IMG/VR virus record: IMGVR_UViG_3300032282_004923
Coordinates: 1-56,314 of that record
Origin: a virus
Lineage: Duplodnaviria; Caudoviricetes
DNA length: 56,314 nt
Direction: 5' to 3' (one strand)
The notes beneath the pieces were generated by a model, which had not been told where the DNA came from, searched no databases, and saw only the letters and a list, made by a program, of their open reading frames with translations. Shown piece by piece: positions 28,581-38,237 of this stretch. Position 1 is the first letter of the stretch, and every line of letters starts with the position of its first letter. A program made the position numbers and the translations under genes.

Positions 28581-30089
28581 TCAACGATAAGTGAGTGTGT
28601 GACCTGTGCGCTCTTGATAAGTGTTGGCAAGGTGGCTCGGAACGATGCTACGCACCTTCTCGCCCTTGCTCATCGCTTTGAGCATTGCTATCGCTTGTTC
28701 AGGTGTCTCTGCCGTGTAGATACCAAACTGTTTTACGAGTCCGATACATTCCATAACTAAGTCCACTCCCCAACTATCGCCTACGCCCGTGACACCACCA
28801 TCTGTTACCCAGATTAGAGGCGAGTTGGAACGCTGACGCTTAGAGATAGCCCAACGGATAGCAGGCGCATCTACGCCATTGCCACCGTTAGGGTCAGGAA
28901 GGTGACTTACGCACTTTCCCTTGTTAGCGACAACATAAAGGTTGGGCTTATTGCTACGCCCACCTGAATACTGAGCCACGAGAGCCGATGGTGCGTTGAG
29001 TACCATCTCCATTACTTCATCGTGTGACAGGCTCATAGAACCACTTGTGTCAATGAGTACAACTCCACCAGCACCTTTCACAGTACGGTCAAAGATACGC
29101 TTGTCGGGGTCTGTGAGTAGGCGAGACATACGGCGTGGATTACGCCCCATATTGGTAGCGATACGCTTACGCCCTAACGCACCCATTACATTACGGTCTA
29201 GCATCGGTGTGGAAACTTTTAGTTTTTCCCATAGTGCGTCACGAGACTTTTTAGGAATACTGCCACGAGCGTTCCAACCCTTGTTCGCATCTATCCAACC
29301 TTGTCCAGCCTTTTCTAAGGCTTCTTTGGGGTCAGTTGCTTCTGTGCCTTCGCCAGCAGGCTGACCTTGTGGCTGACCACTCGGATTATCCGTGAGTGCG
29401 CCTACTACTTCCTCTACCCACTTGGCGTAGTTTTCTACATAGCCAAATCCCGATAGGTGTATGCGTGAGTGCGTACCACCGAGAGTTTGTACGCCGTGAC
29501 TTTTTATGATGTTGTTGTAATACTCAACACCTTTGTCTGTGATGTAAGTAAGGTACTCCACCCACTCAGGGTGGTGCTTAGATATTCCAGCAAGGTAGTC
29601 GCCGTATCCAGCAGTATTGCGATAGGCAATACAGGTAGCAACGGCGTTCAGAAAGTCACCGTGCTGTGCTGTGCGTTCACCATCTAGGCGTTCACTCCCG
29701 TCACGCAAGTGTGTCTGTGGGTCAAATCCTGAGTGTTCTAAGAGCATATTTACTCGTAGTTCTTCACACACAGTCATTGTCACTTGTTTTGCGTATCCAC
29801 GAGCAATCCACTTGTCAAACTGTTTCGCATTGGGTGAAACTTTTGCGTGAACCATCTCGTGACCACGAATAGTGCGAGAGTGTTCATCGTCATACAACGG
29901 TACAAACATTTCACGGTCTGTCACATTGGTCTTTGGCTCACCACGCTTCGCTTCTACGCCCGTGATGTTCCAACGCTTGTCTTTGCCTGTGTTGTCGTTA
30001 CGACCTAGCATCTCAGGCTCAGGGCTTTGGGGCGTGAACCCCTTAGCCGTTATCTGAGTGCTTATCGGGTCATCTGTTATGCGTGACAT
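28581..30089 (-). CDS. VWA-domain protein with N-terminal HExxH motif (MoxR partner)
   Basis: HEMVH; LIDTSGSMS MIDAS; VTDG. Confidence 0.8.
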   Translation of the reverse strand: MSRITDDPISTQITAKGFTPQSPEPEMLGRNDNTGKDKRWNITGVEAKRGEPKTNVTDREMFVPLYDDEHSRTIRGHEMVHAKVSPNAKQFDKWIARGYAKQVTMTVCEELRVNMLLEHSGFDPQTHLRDGSERLDGERTAQHGDFLNAVATCIAYRNTAGYGDYLAGISKHHPEWVEYLTYITDKGVEYYNNIIKSHGVQTLGGTHSRIHLSGFGYVENYAKWVEEVVGALTDNPSGQPQGQPAGEGTEATDPKEALEKAGQGWIDANKGWNARGSIPKKSRDALWEKLKVSTPMLDRNVMGALGRKRIATNMGRNPRRMSRLLTDPDKRIFDRTVKGAGGVVLIDTSGSMSLSHDEVMEMVLNAPSALVAQYSGGRSNKPNLYVVANKGKCVSHLPDPNGGNGVDAPAIRWAISKRQRSNSPLIWVTDGGVTGVGDSWGVDLVMECIGLVKQFGIYTAETPEQAIAMLKAMSKGEKVRSIVPSHLANTYQERTGHTLTYR

Positions 30090-30097
30090 CTCTCCCC

Positions 30098-30841
30098 CTA
30101 CTTTTGTGTAGAGAGAGAGTTCACGGCAATAGCGTCAATGATGCTTTTGGCGCGTTCGCCAAATACCATAGTCGCCGCCTTTTTTGTTCCGAGTGCTGTA
30201 CGCAACTTGTCAAAGGCGTAGAACGAACGGAGAGAGATACGGCGTTCACCTGCGTCACACATCTGACGAGCGTACTCACGCAAGTCCTCACTCATTTTCA
30301 TTAGTGCTGACGGGTGTGGCTCGTTGATACGGATACACACAGGGAAACGGTCTTTGAGTGCCATCGGCAACTCGTTCATCTGCTCAATGTTTGTCGTCAT
30401 TACAACAGAGAAACCGTCACGGGGTACGACCATCTCACGGGTCTGTGGGTGTTCCCATTGTGCGCTTTCAGGGCTGTCTGTCATTGCTAGTAGTGTTGCG
30501 AACACATCGCCACCAGCCTTGTCAATCTCGTCAATAACAAGACGACCACCTGAGACACCATCTCCACGCCACGCACGGATAGCCTGTCCGTCTAACCACG
30601 ACCACGAACCGTTGTCGTTAGGTTGCCAGCAACCTGTGACATCTGAGTTGGTCATATCGTCAGTACAGATAAGACGGTAAGCACCACTATCGGTGTTTCC
30701 GTAGTTCAGTCCAGCAAAGGTCTTGCCTGTTCCAGCAGTTCCAAACAAGATAAGTCGGTCAATGCCTGCTTCCAGCGCATCGCTTACTTGTTGCCAGCAG
30801 TCGGGCAGTTTGTAGCCCTCTGTTTCTAGTATTGTTGCCAT
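30098..30841 (-). CDS. MoxR/CobS-like AAA+ ATPase
   Basis: GTAGTGKT Walker A, LVIDEID Walker B, TTN, ALKDRF. Confidence 0.9.
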   Translation of the reverse strand: MATILETEGYKLPDCWQQVSDALEAGIDRLILFGTAGTGKTFAGLNYGNTDSGAYRLICTDDMTNSDVTGCWQPNDNGSWSWLDGQAIRAWRGDGVSGGRLVIDEIDKAGGDVFATLLAMTDSPESAQWEHPQTREMVVPRDGFSVVMTTNIEQMNELPMALKDRFPVCIRINEPHPSALMKMSEDLREYARQMCDAGERRISLRSFYAFDKLRTALGTKKAATMVFGERAKSIIDAIAVNSLSTQK

Positions 30842-30877
30842 TGCTTCCCCTTTCGTGGGAGTTAGTAGGTGAGTTTG

Positions 30878-30931
30878 AGTGTAGCCACTTTCTTAGTAGC
30901 ACACAACTTGGTAGCCACTTTCTTAGTGGCT
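30878..30931 (-). promoter_or_regulatory. Promoter TTGTGT-17-TACACT with duplicated GTAGCCACTTTCTTAGT operator
   Basis: Direct repeats at 30881 and 30911. Confidence 0.65.
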
Positions 30932-30937
30932 GTTCTT

Positions 30938-30975
30938 GTATGGGGTGGGGAATATCCGTTACACCCACCCCATAC
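30938..30975 (-). terminator. Stem-loop after gene 30988..31392
   Basis: GTATGGGGTGGG...CCCACCCCATAC. Confidence 0.5.
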
Positions 30976-30987
30976 GAGACTTTATGA

Positions 30988-31392
30988 CTAGGCGACCTGC
31001 GCTTTGTCGGTGGACTTGGACTTAGCATCGGGAGAGATGTTGTAGGTACGCACCTGTGAGTAGGTGGTGACGGTGGTGACTTCATCGGCAACGCTCTGCT
31101 CAATGATGATGCCAACGGCTTTCTCAAAGAGGTCTGCGTCAATGACGGTCTTTGTGACCTTCTTGTAGATAGCAGGCTTCACGAGCATTGCCAACTTGTC
31201 TGCGTCAAAGGCACGGCGTGTGCCTGTGATGATGCTGACCTGAACGCCATCTATGACGCTCTCTGTCAATCCAGCAGTTGCTAACGCCTTACGGAGTTCT
31301 GTCTCTGCTTCTTTCTTTGCCTTTTCTGCCTGTGCGCTTTCCTCTTTTGCGAGTAAGTAAGCACGGGTGGCTTGGTCTATGGATAGTGCCAT
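30988..31392 (-). CDS. Hypothetical phage protein (N-terminal coiled coil)
   Basis: GAAAGGGG RBS; two tandem upstream promoters. Confidence 0.75.
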   Translation of the reverse strand: MALSIDQATRAYLLAKEESAQAEKAKKEAETELRKALATAGLTESVIDGVQVSIITGTRRAFDADKLAMLVKPAIYKKVTKTVIDADLFEKAVGIIIEQSVADEVTTVTTYSQVRTYNISPDAKSKSTDKAQVA

Positions 31393-31832
31393 TGTGTTCC
31401 CCTTTCATTGGGACTTGTAGGTGACAAGGAACAAGTTACAAGTGGTAAGGCAAAAACACAAGTTATTTCTTTGTGTCTTTTGTCACACTCACAGGGCTTG
31501 TTCGCTGTATGAGTTGTAAAGGTACAGGTGACAAGGCGCAATAGCAAGTCTTTTGTTTGTGTCGTTTGTCACAGGCTCGGCAGGTGGAGATGGGGTGAAC
31601 AGGGAGAGAGAAAGAGTTGCTTAGAGATACTGACTTCCACCACCGTCGTAGTAGTCGGAGCCCCGCCCGCCGCTGCCGCCCGCGGGGCTTCCAGCCAGAT
31701 GTCTGTGATGTCCAGCATCACGAAACTGACTTGTCGTGAGTGTGTGACAACTGCCACAAAGAAATAACTTGCTATTTATTACTATGACTTGTAAGGTACA
31801 AAGCGTACATCTATCCCACGAAAGGGGACATA

Positions 31833-32291
31833 ATGGAAAATCCAATGGTGGACACGGCTTCCCGTGCCAACACCGAAATCAAGGAAGGTGGCTCACGGTT
31901 CCAAATGGAATACGGAGTTATCTTTGCTATTACATCTGAGGGCTTTCGCACCTTACTCACTAACGAGGACATTTACGAAGGGCTACACGCCGTACAAGGT
32001 ATGACGCTTCTTCCTGATGAACTCGGTATTGGTCTTGTCTCAACAGGTTGGGCTTCACCAATCCCACCTGACTTTGACGGTGACGAAGATGAGATAACTG
32101 CGCCAAGCCAACACCCTGAGAAACGCCGTGTGCGCCTTGTGACTTGTGTGGACAAGTCGTTGCGTATGGGTTCTGCCTTGTGTTTCCAAGACGACCCTGA
32201 CGAAATGATTACTGACGAAGGTCAAGCAACAGGCAATCTCGCTATCGCCGTGCGTAACTCACTTATTGCTATGCTTGCTAAGGCTGAATAG
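31833..32291 (+). CDS. Hypothetical protein
   Basis: GAAAGGGG RBS; GWASP...PSQHPEKRRVRL. Confidence 0.8.
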   Translation: MENPMVDTASRANTEIKEGGSRFQMEYGVIFAITSEGFRTLLTNEDIYEGLHAVQGMTLLPDELGIGLVSTGWASPIPPDFDGDEDEITAPSQHPEKRRVRLVTCVDKSLRMGSALCFQDDPDEMITDEGQATGNLAIAVRNSLIAMLAKAE

Positions 32292-32310
32292 CCACCAAGC
32301 AAGTTTCACT

Positions 32311-32355
32311 AGAAGCCCCACCAACTCTCGGACACGACAAGTTGGTGGGGCTTCT
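32311..32355 (+). terminator. Intrinsic terminator
   Basis: AGAAGCCCCACCAACT...AGTTGGTGGGGCTTCT after stop codon. Confidence 0.7.
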
Positions 32356-32477
32356 TGCTGTACCCAAACAGAAGGTTCTTCCACCACCGTCGTTGTAGTA
32401 GCGCAATCTCTGGGGCTGGTAGCCCCGGGGTTTTATTCCCAGATGGCATCTGGTTCTGGGAGTGTGTGTTGGGCAAT

Positions 32478-32526
32478 AAAAAAGCCCGTTGAGTACGCCA
32501 GCGTGAAGCGCACCCAACGGGCTTTT
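32478..32526 (-). terminator. Intrinsic (possibly bidirectional) terminator
   Basis: AAAAGCCCGTTG...CAACGGGCTTTT. Confidence 0.75.
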
Positions 32527-32538
32527 ACTTAGTGAGGG

Positions 32539-32598
32539 CTAATCAAACGCCCACAATAAGAACAGTAGGAAGATGATGATGATGAAGCCAAATGTCAT
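32539..32598 (-). CDS. 19-aa hydrophobic micropeptide MTFGFIIIIFLLFLLWAFD
   Basis: ATGA overlap; last ORF before terminator. Confidence 0.6.
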   Translation of the reverse strand: MTFGFIIIIFLLFLLWAFD

Positions 32599-32840
32599 TT
32601 TGGTAACCCTGTGTAAGCAACAATCTCCCACAGTTTCTTTGCGTGTATCTGCTTTGCGAGGTCAAGAAGTACAGACATCATTCGTTCGTCTGTAAGACCG
32701 TGCTGTAAGAAAGACCCATCTACCGTTTCGTAGAGAATGGTCATAAGAGCATCACCCCCAGTCGCATCTAGCGTGTAGTAGTTCTCGTCAAAGAGTTCTA
32801 CCAGTTCTTCGTTTGTTAGGTCTGATAGTTCTGTTGTCAT
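32595..32840 (-). CDS. Hypothetical protein
   Basis: ATGA overlap. Confidence 0.65.
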   Translation of the reverse strand: MTTELSDLTNEELVELFDENYYTLDATGGDALMTILYETVDGSFLQHGLTDERMMSVLLDLAKQIHAKKLWEIVAYTGLPK

Positions 32841-33058
32841 TCCAATACTGTCCAATCATCTTCGCTGCGAATAAGTCCAAGAGTAGAGCCACTATCCCAC
32901 TTTATGTGGAATGTGCCTAAGTCGTCTATGTCGGTAATGACACCTTCATCCCCTTTGGAGAGTTTGGTGAACGGGTCGGATGAATAGTTGAGGCGCACTC
33001 GCTTTCCAACAAGTGCGCCACGCAACCAATCTTTTGTGAGTTCAGTAATCTTGTTCAT
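32837..33058 (-). CDS. DUF4314-like protein
   Basis: G.RVRL....DP...L..GDEG.I..IDD.GT.HI.WD.GS.LGL...ED. Confidence 0.8.
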   Translation of the reverse strand: MNKITELTKDWLRGALVGKRVRLNYSSDPFTKLSKGDEGVITDIDDLGTFHIKWDSGSTLGLIRSEDDWTVLE

Positions 33059-33642
33059 TAGCAAATCTGAAATCCACCACAGTTCGCGAGAAATGTTACG
33101 AACTGACGGATGTTGTCTTTGTCAATGTGGTAGTCCTTGGCGAAAGGCTTTTGCCCACCGGAACCGTTACAGGCATTACATTCTTTGACTTGCTCAATCC
33201 AGCCTTCTGCTAATTCTAAATCTTTGTAAGCAGGAAGCCTGTCCTCGTGTGTGAGTGTATCCATAAGACTGAACTCGTAAGCAGGAACTTGGGTTACCTC
33301 GCCAGCAGTTGCTTTGGGGTTTATGTGCCAAGTGCGCTGACCAGTTGCCTTACAATGAGGGCAGGGGCGAATAGGCAACGCCTCTATTTCTGCGTCACGG
33401 TCTGCTATGTACTTGTCTGCTGTTCCGTCACGCAAAGATTTACGCAGAGCCTTTGCTAGAAGCACAGAGTCGTCTCCGTCAAGCCCGTCACCATCGTTGC
33501 TGTATGCGAACTCCACCAACTCGGTGAGGTCGGGTGCGACAAACTCGCAGTATTCCCACAAGGGTCGCCACCACCATACATTGTTACGGAAGTACGCACC
33601 TTTTTCATTCTTTGGTTCTACACCAAATACATCCATTCCCAT
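33058..33642 (-). CDS. Hypothetical protein with DnaJ-like CxxCxGxG motifs
   Basis: MGMDV...YFRNNVWWWRPLW...CPHCKATG...CNACNGSG...GGFQIC. Confidence 0.75.
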   Translation of the reverse strand: MGMDVFGVEPKNEKGAYFRNNVWWWRPLWEYCEFVAPDLTELVEFAYSNDGDGLDGDDSVLLAKALRKSLRDGTADKYIADRDAEIEALPIRPCPHCKATGQRTWHINPKATAGEVTQVPAYEFSLMDTLTHEDRLPAYKDLELAEGWIEQVKECNACNGSGGQKPFAKDYHIDKDNIRQFVTFLANCGGFQIC

Positions 33643-33944
33643 TGGATACCCCTTTCATTAGGTGTGTTGAGTGTACCTGACACATAGCAGTAGTCAAGAG
33701 TTTTCTTTGTGTCGTTTGTCACACTTGTACAAGTTGTTGTACAAGTCCAGTAGTGGGTGTTACCTGATTAGATAACACAGTCAAGTTCAGAAGGGGGGGT
33801 CATCCGCCACCGTCGTAGTTCTCGGCTGCCCCGGAAAGAAAAACCCCGCCGCGGGGCTAACCCCTTCACCCTTCGCAGAAGCGTCCCTGATAGGCACACA
33901 TTTACACAACTTGCCTGAGACTTTCCTGTGTGACGAAAGACACA

Positions 33945-33973
33945 TTGACAAGTTGTTGCTTATTCCCTACACT
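33945..33973 (+). promoter_or_regulatory. Sigma70-type promoter TTGACA-17-TACACT
   Basis: Near-consensus hexamers directly after operator 33929-33944. Confidence 0.8.
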
Positions 33974-34007
33974 TACCACTACCTACTAATACCCAAGGGG
34001 GGTAACA

Positions 34008-34577
34008 ATGGAAGAAATACCAACACCACAAGAAGTGGTTGAGTTCGTAGCCGAAAAAGCAAAGTTTGCTAAGTACGCTTGGTGTGAGGACAATGAAGGA
34101 ATGGCTGACGCACCACCTCTGCTTATGGGGCAGTTCCCTGACGGCACAGGTTTCATTATGCCTGACCTTATGGAAGGACACCCTTCCGATACTCTGCCTG
34201 TGTTGCTATCTGCTTTGATAGAGGCAATGGAAGAACACAACGGTACTGCCGAATACTCTTGGCTCGCTTATGTCGTAGAGGGCTACTATCGCCCCCAAAC
34301 AGACGAGATGCCTGACGGCTGGAAGCGTGGAGACTTAGAGCAGGAATACAAGACCAACCCAGTATCAGATGTTCGTGAGGGCATCATTGTTACTGTGTAC
34401 CCTTGGGACGGCGAGAGCCACGCCAAGACCATTCCTGTAAGTGTCGGAGACAACGGTCTGCCCGTGTTCGGTGACATCTCTGACGAGGGCATCGGCATCG
34501 GTGGTGGAGTAATCCCCACCATCTTTGAGGGCTTTCGCAAGTTCTGTGGGATAAAAGTAAGCGCACAGAACAACTAA
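34008..34577 (+). CDS. Hypothetical protein
   Basis: AAGGGGGG RBS; own promoter and terminator. Confidence 0.8.
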   Translation: MEEIPTPQEVVEFVAEKAKFAKYAWCEDNEGMADAPPLLMGQFPDGTGFIMPDLMEGHPSDTLPVLLSALIEAMEEHNGTAEYSWLAYVVEGYYRPQTDEMPDGWKRGDLEQEYKTNPVSDVREGIIVTVYPWDGESHAKTIPVSVGDNGLPVFGDISDEGIGIGGGVIPTIFEGFRKFCGIKVSAQNN

Positions 34578-34588
34578 GTTCCCCCAAC

Positions 34589-34627
34589 AAAGGGGTCGTC
34601 TGCTGAAAGGTGGGCGACCCCTTTTTT
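34589..34627 (+). terminator. Intrinsic terminator
   Basis: AAGGGGTCGTCTGC...GTGGGCGACCCCTTTTTT. Confidence 0.8.
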
Positions 34628-34707
34628 GCTGTCTAAGAACAAGTCATCCACCACCGTCAAAGTAGTAGCGCATTGCTATCGCATCGCAGCCCCGGTAAGA
34701 TATCCAG

Positions 34708-34917
34708 ATGAGTAGTTATGCGATGTTCCGTTGTGTGTTTTGTGACAATCCACTAAATGTTGGAGACTCAACTGTTATGAAACAGGTTGTTTGTTGGGTG
34801 CGTTCTGATAACAACACATCTCCCAAGGGGGCGCAAAGCCAACATCGCTATGCTCACGCAGTTTGTTTAGAGGTGGAACTCCACAGCAAGCCTAAACAGG
34901 CAGAAACTTTGTTCTAA
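34708..34917 (+). CDS. Small Zn-binding hypothetical protein
   Basis: CVFC...HAVC. Confidence 0.55.
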   Translation: MSSYAMFRCVFCDNPLNVGDSTVMKQVVCWVRSDNNTSPKGAQSQHRYAHAVCLEVELHSKPKQAETLF

Positions 34918-34967
34918 CTAATAGCGACTACGGCAAAAGCGATAATCAAGATAACAATAAAAGTCAT
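34914..34967 (-). CDS. 17-aa hydrophobic micropeptide MTFIVILIIAFAVVAIS
   Basis: ATGA overlap; similar to three other peptides in the window. Confidence 0.7.
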   Translation of the reverse strand: MTFIVILIIAFAVVAIS

Positions 34968-35392
34968 TGGTGCGCCTTGCGCCAGCCACCATTGCCATCT
35001 CCGAGATACACGATGCTTTCTGTTCCCTCGGTAAGCCAAGTCCAACACCAGCGACAGCAAGAAGGAACTTCTGTCCCTGTACCCATGTTATTCGGGTGGC
35101 AACCACGGTCACCCATCTTTTCTGCCAGCAACGGGAATGTCGTAAGGAACTTTACAACGCAATCGTGACACAGCCACCAATGCTCATACTCGTCTCCCCC
35201 GATAAGAACGCCGATGTCGTCATCAAAGCCGTTGTAGTAACCGAAGTGTTTATGTGGCAAGAACCAACCCGATGGGGCTGGCTCTGCTAACTGTTCTCCC
35301 GAACGGAGCGTGATGAGATGTTTGTTGTAGGTTTCCCCACACGCTGAACAATCAACCGTTGTAGGAATAGGTGTTGTATCCGTAAGGGTCAT
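34964..35392 (-). CDS. Hypothetical Cys-rich protein
   Basis: CSAC...GYYNGFDD...LCHDC...CCRWCW; start inferred. Confidence 0.65.
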   Translation of the reverse strand: MTLTDTTPIPTTVDCSACGETYNKHLITLRSGEQLAEPAPSGWFLPHKHFGYYNGFDDDIGVLIGGDEYEHWWLCHDCVVKFLTTFPLLAEKMGDRGCHPNNMGTGTEVPSCCRWCWTWLTEGTESIVYLGDGNGGWRKAHQ

Positions 35393-35561
35393 AGACCGTT
35401 GTACTCGTTTCGCAAGGGTAGTGATAATACTCGCAGTCGGGGAGACCTTGCTTTTCGTCCCCGATAGAGCCAATAAGAATGAGTGTCGCACCGATGAGGC
35501 TTACCCAAAAGACAAAGCGTACGCAAGAGCGAACTGTGTAATAGACGGGTGGGTGGTTCAT
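35352..35561 (-). CDS. Small membrane protein, paralog of 39572..39754
   Basis: YYTVRSCVRFVFW...PDCE..H.PCE..TT.YDPYG. Confidence 0.75.
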   Translation of the reverse strand: MNHPPVYYTVRSCVRFVFWVSLIGATLILIGSIGDEKQGLPDCEYYHYPCETSTTVYDPYGYNTYSYNG

Positions 35562-35644
35562 CTGTCATCTCCTGCGAGAATGATTGCCATAAGAAAGACA
35601 AGCCCGAGAGGCAGACTCATAATGACTGCGAGTAGAACTTTCAT
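35558..35644 (-). CDS. 28-aa membrane peptide MKVLLAVIMSLPLGLVFLMAIILAGDDR
   Basis: ATGA overlaps at both ends. Confidence 0.6.
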   Translation of the reverse strand: MKVLLAVIMSLPLGLVFLMAIILAGDDR

Positions 35645-35937
35645 TTGACCACCAACACTTTTTCCATCTTTTCCATAAACTTTTTCATCACACGTATTTG
35701 GTCTTTGCCAGCCCAGCCGTACTCACCTGCGTTTACCCACCAGTTGCATTCGGCAAGCATCCCCCAAAGAACGAACTGAGTGGTCTCTACGCAGACGGTG
35801 CGCCTGTTGCGCCACTTGACCTCTAATGGGTGCTTGATGTCGTTTGACTCGTCGTAGCGCATATCGTCAAGAATGCGTGACTCCCACTCGTGAAACAGAT
35901 TGTTGCTGACCGTGAAGGTGATGAGAGGTGACTGCAT
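35641..35937 (-). CDS. Hypothetical protein (probably leaderless)
   Basis: ATG 6 nt after the TACCTT -10 hexamer. Confidence 0.65.
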   Translation of the reverse strand: MQSPLITFTVSNNLFHEWESRILDDMRYDESNDIKHPLEVKWRNRRTVCVETTQFVLWGMLAECNWWVNAGEYGWAGKDQIRVMKKFMEKMEKVLVVK

Positions 35938-35943
35938 AACTAC

Positions 35944-35972
35944 AAGGTACAGGGTGTAAGGCGTAATGTCAA
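35944..35972 (-). promoter_or_regulatory. Sigma70-type promoter TTGACA-17-TACCTT
   Basis: Adjacent to operator 35973-35988. Confidence 0.75.
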
Positions 35973-36307
35973 TATGACATTTGTCACAGGGTGGAGAAGC
36001 AAGAGAGGGAGTGAGTAAATAGAAAGGGGGCGACAAGAGAGAGAGTTCTTCCACCACCGTCGTTCTAGTCGGAGTCCCGCGTTGCGCAGCGGCTTGCCGG
36101 GGCTGCCATCTTCCTGCTGCGGCAGCGGCGCATGGAAACTTGACTTGGCTTGCAGTTCGTGTTACTTTGACGCTATGAAGTTTGTAGTCATACTTGTAAT
36201 AGCCTTTATCGTTGTGGGCATGGGGTGACAAAAGACACACTTTTAGTATTTGACTAATGGCTACTAACTTGGTAGCCTGACATTCTCAACTCACAAAAGG
36301 GGGAATC

Positions 36308-36664
36308 ATGACCGATTCTGTCATTGAGTGGGAGGGGATAAGCAATACCTCTGAGGATTGGCAGTGGGATATGGCGACAGACTTGTTCGCCATGACCGCC
36401 GAAGTGCTCATTGCTCATAATGAGGAACTCAACGAAGGCGACACTTGGTGGCGTGTTCAGGGTTTCCCGTTGTGGGGCGGTGGGCGTGACGGCATATTCC
36501 GCGCTGACAGTCCAATGGAGTTGTTGGAAAAGATTACCGTTCGTTCGGATTGGTCATTGCGCTACACGCTTGACTCCGAAACAATGGTACTCACTTGTCA
36601 CCTCTCTCACCACGATGCAAGCGGGCAGTTCACGGTGCAGGCAACGCCTAATCCTGACCGCTAA
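36308..36664 (+). CDS. Hypothetical protein
   Basis: G-rich RBS; own promoter and terminator; SHHD motif. Confidence 0.8.
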   Translation: MTDSVIEWEGISNTSEDWQWDMATDLFAMTAEVLIAHNEELNEGDTWWRVQGFPLWGGGRDGIFRADSPMELLEKITVRSDWSLRYTLDSETMVLTCHLSHHDASGQFTVQATPNPDR

Positions 36665-36681
36665 TCCAACCAACCACAAGC

Positions 36682-36712
36682 AAGCCCGTCTCCGTAAGGG
36701 GGCGGGCTTTTT
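36682..36712 (+). terminator. Intrinsic terminator
   Basis: AAGCCCGTCTCC-GTAA-GGGGGCGGGCTTTTT. Confidence 0.85.
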
Positions 36713-37086
36713 GCGTTGTCTCCACTCTTGCGCTTGCTGTCATCCGCCACCGTCGTAGTAGTAACTGGGACATCGGCAGCCCCGCTACCCGATGTCCCAG
36801 GTGTGCCACGTCGCCTGGTTTGAACGTGAGCGTTTCGTGTTTGAAAAAATAAAAACTGAGAAAACTGCAAAAAAGAAACAAAAAGTTGGAGAAAAGTAAA
36901 ACTTTTAGCGAAAAACTTGAAAAAACAAAAGTTTGTTGCTATGTTGCATCCCCGTTTTCACGTAGCAACCGGCTTCGTGCGCGCGAGTCCCGATACGGCG
37001 AGCTCGCTCGCGGGGCTTCGGCACGGCTCGTCGCCCTTCGTCGCCGCCGCTGCCAGTCCTTCGTTGCGCCTGTGACAACTGCCACA

Positions 37087-37115
37087 TTGACATTGTCGCC
37101 TGCACCCTGTACCAT
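37087..37115 (+). promoter_or_regulatory. Sigma70-type promoter TTGACA-17-TACCAT
   Basis: Directly after operator 37071-37086. Confidence 0.8.
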
Positions 37116-37121
37116 ACAAGT

Positions 37122-37499
37122 ATGAGAGGGGGTGAAATGAAACTAACAAATACCGAACTGTCGCTAATCGCATTACGCAACGCTGACCGTTCAGGTCGTG
37201 AGTGCGACCCGCACGAAGTTATCGCTCAAATGGGCAAGATGAACTTTTTCGCGGTGTGCGGTGGTAAGTGGGCAAAGATAAACGCTAGTGATGGCGTGAC
37301 TATCGGCTTACTGATGCCGTGCGGAGAAAGTCGTGCGGTTGAGGTGATACTCAACTTCTTAGACCTTTACGAAGTGCGCCGTGTGCGCCGTGTGAATCGT
37401 GGCGATGCAAAAGGCTCGCTAGTCGTTGAGTACGAAGTGCTTGATGTCTATTGCGAGAATCTAGGCGATGCTGTCTATTCCGCTTCCTGCTGGAAGTAA
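37122..37499 (+). CDS. Hypothetical protein
   Basis: Start 37122 or 37137; DLYEV...DVYCENL. Confidence 0.8.
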   Translation: MRGGEMKLTNTELSLIALRNADRSGRECDPHEVIAQMGKMNFFAVCGGKWAKINASDGVTIGLLMPCGESRAVEVILNFLDLYEVRRVRRVNRGDAKGSLVVEYEVLDVYCENLGDAVYSASCWK

Positions 37500-37527
37500 T
37501 CCAACCCAACAACCCAACTAACCGAGT

Positions 37528-37560
37528 GCGCCCGTTCCCGAAAGGGGGCGGGCGTTTCTT
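37528..37560 (+). terminator. Intrinsic terminator
   Basis: GCCCGTTCCC-GAAA-GGGGGCGGGC followed by GTTTCTT. Confidence 0.8.
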
Positions 37561-37752
37561 GTTGTGTGCCATCTTCCGCCACCGTCGTAGTAGTAACAGC
37601 GCTGAGCCTTGCAGCCCCGCTGGTTTTTGTTTCCCAGTCAGGTTGCGAAGAAGGGCGTGTGGGGCTTTGAGATGTGACAAAAGAGTGCTTGCTTTTCTTT
37701 GCTGGTGCTTGTACCCTACACCTGTTACCTAACTATCCCTAAGGGGGGTCAA

Positions 37753-38166
37753 ATGCCAACAGTAGATTATGACGGAATACAGATGATGTATGAGTCAGAC
37801 ATAAACAAGTCAGAGAGTGGTCTTATGGAGTCACTTATTGACGCTGTCAAAGATGGCGAGTTATCGCCTTTCGTCTTCACGATGGAGTGGTCTATCTGTG
37901 ACTACTGCCGTGGTGGTGGTGGACACTCTCGCCGTTTCGGTGCGATGACATCAGATGAGTTCGCAGAGTGGAGCGATGAGTCTCGTGAGGCGTATATGCG
38001 TGGTGCTTACGATGAGCGTTGCGATGCGTGTAACGGTCAAGGCAAAGTTTACGAGATGAACGAGAAAGACCTGCCCGAGGAAGTCCAAGAGTACATCGGG
38101 CGATATCGCTCAGACGCTTACGAGTCTGCTTCCACCTCAGCAATGGAACGCCGTTTCGGTTGCTAG
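37753..38166 (+). CDS. Hypothetical protein with CxxCxGxG Zn-finger motifs
   Basis: CDYCRGGG...YMRGAYDERCDACNGQG...ERRFGC. Confidence 0.8.
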   Translation: MPTVDYDGIQMMYESDINKSESGLMESLIDAVKDGELSPFVFTMEWSICDYCRGGGGHSRRFGAMTSDEFAEWSDESREAYMRGAYDERCDACNGQGKVYEMNEKDLPEEVQEYIGRYRSDAYESASTSAMERRFGC

Positions 38167-38222
38167 TGGTTACCGTTGCGCTCATCATTAGTATCGCCGT
38201 CTTAGCCGTAGCCATTTCCTAG
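38166..38222 (+). CDS. 18-aa hydrophobic micropeptide MVTVALIISIAVLAVAIS
   Basis: TAGTG overlap; sits before terminator; paralogous. Confidence 0.65.
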   Translation: MVTVALIISIAVLAVAIS

Positions 38223-38237
38223 TCACCCGACCAAGAG

